From: an uncultured Erysipelotrichaceae bacterium
Lineage (GTDB): Bacteria > Bacillota_I > Bacilli_A > Erysipelotrichales > Erysipelotrichaceae
Direction of reading: 5' to 3'
DNA: 6,234 nt
NCBI GenBank assembly: GCA_964457525.1
Contig: CAYWGS010000089.1
Coordinates: 1-6,234 of the forward strand
Below are positions 6,182-6,234 of the stretch, in pieces. The notes beneath the pieces are model-generated. The model saw nothing but the letters and a program-made list of their open reading frames with translations. It was not told the origin of the DNA and did not search any database. The stretch's first letter is position 1; the number at the start of each line of letters is the position of its first letter. A program made the position numbers and the translations under genes.

Positions 6182-6234
6182 TGGCAGGGGTAGTAGGAGT
6201 TGAACCCACATCAGCGGTTTTGGAGACCGACATT
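6182..6234 (-). tRNA. trnW: tRNA-Trp (anticodon CCA), 3' portion only; the 5' part lies beyond the right window edge
   Basis: The reverse complement of 6182-6234 is AATGTCGGTCTCCAAAACCGCTGATGTGGGTTCAACTCCTACTACCCCTGCCA. The anticodon arm is (T)CGGT-CTCCAAA-ACCG(C), with U33, anticodon CCA and A37. The T arm is GTGGG-TTCAACT-CCTAC. The acceptor 3' strand is TACCCCT, followed by discriminator G and a genomically encoded CCA. It closely resembles the Bacillus-type tRNA-Trp as I recall it (...GGTCTCCAAAACC...GTGGGTTCGATTCCTAC.GCCCCTGCCA). Confidence 0.87.

Noticed and set aside
1-6234. CRISPR array, mobile element, defence system or tandem repeats anywhere in the window
   Set aside because: By eye I found no regularly spaced direct repeats, terminal inverted repeats, transposase/integrase/nuclease/helicase-like ORFs, or noncoding stretch longer than about 126 bp. 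Coding density and gene content look like ordinary chromosomal transport genes. A computational repeat scan (for example a self dot-plot or minced/CRT) would be needed to exclude subtle repeats.

Overview
This is an AT-rich, tightly packed window that looks like low-GC Bacillota chromosome, with AGGAGG-type ribosome-binding sites (RBS), TAA stops and hairpin plus T-run terminators. UGG is read by a tRNA-Trp(CCA), and nothing suggests a reassigned stop codon. Contents from left to right: (1) A two-gene operon with overlapping genes (ATGAGTAA junction) encodes a heterodimeric type-I ABC exporter, each subunit being a 6-TM domain fused to a nucleotide-binding domain (NBD). The first gene is cut off at its 5' end by the window edge. 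(2) A perfect 12-bp-stem bidirectional terminator follows. (3) A convergent minus-strand permease of the AEC (auxin efflux carrier-like, Mem_trans) family comes next. (4) Divergent from it is a translationally coupled pair (TAATG overlap) encoding a DUF302 protein and a YdeI/OmdA-family protein, both of unknown biochemical function. (5) A second bidirectional terminator follows. (6) The 3' 53 nt of a minus-strand tRNA-Trp(CCA) run off the right edge. I see no CRISPR array, transposase, integrase, recombinase, toxin-antitoxin pair, restriction or other recognisable defence gene, long repeat or riboswitch-sized leader. I cannot support a new multi-gene system here, so the window reads as ordinary transport and housekeeping content. 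The points most worth a second look are an extracytoplasmic insertion of about 155 aa between TM1 and TM2 of the first ABC subunit, the asymmetric (degenerate/consensus) ATP sites of the pair, and the coupled DUF302-YdeI module. All family assignments come from motif recognition by eye, not from database searches.
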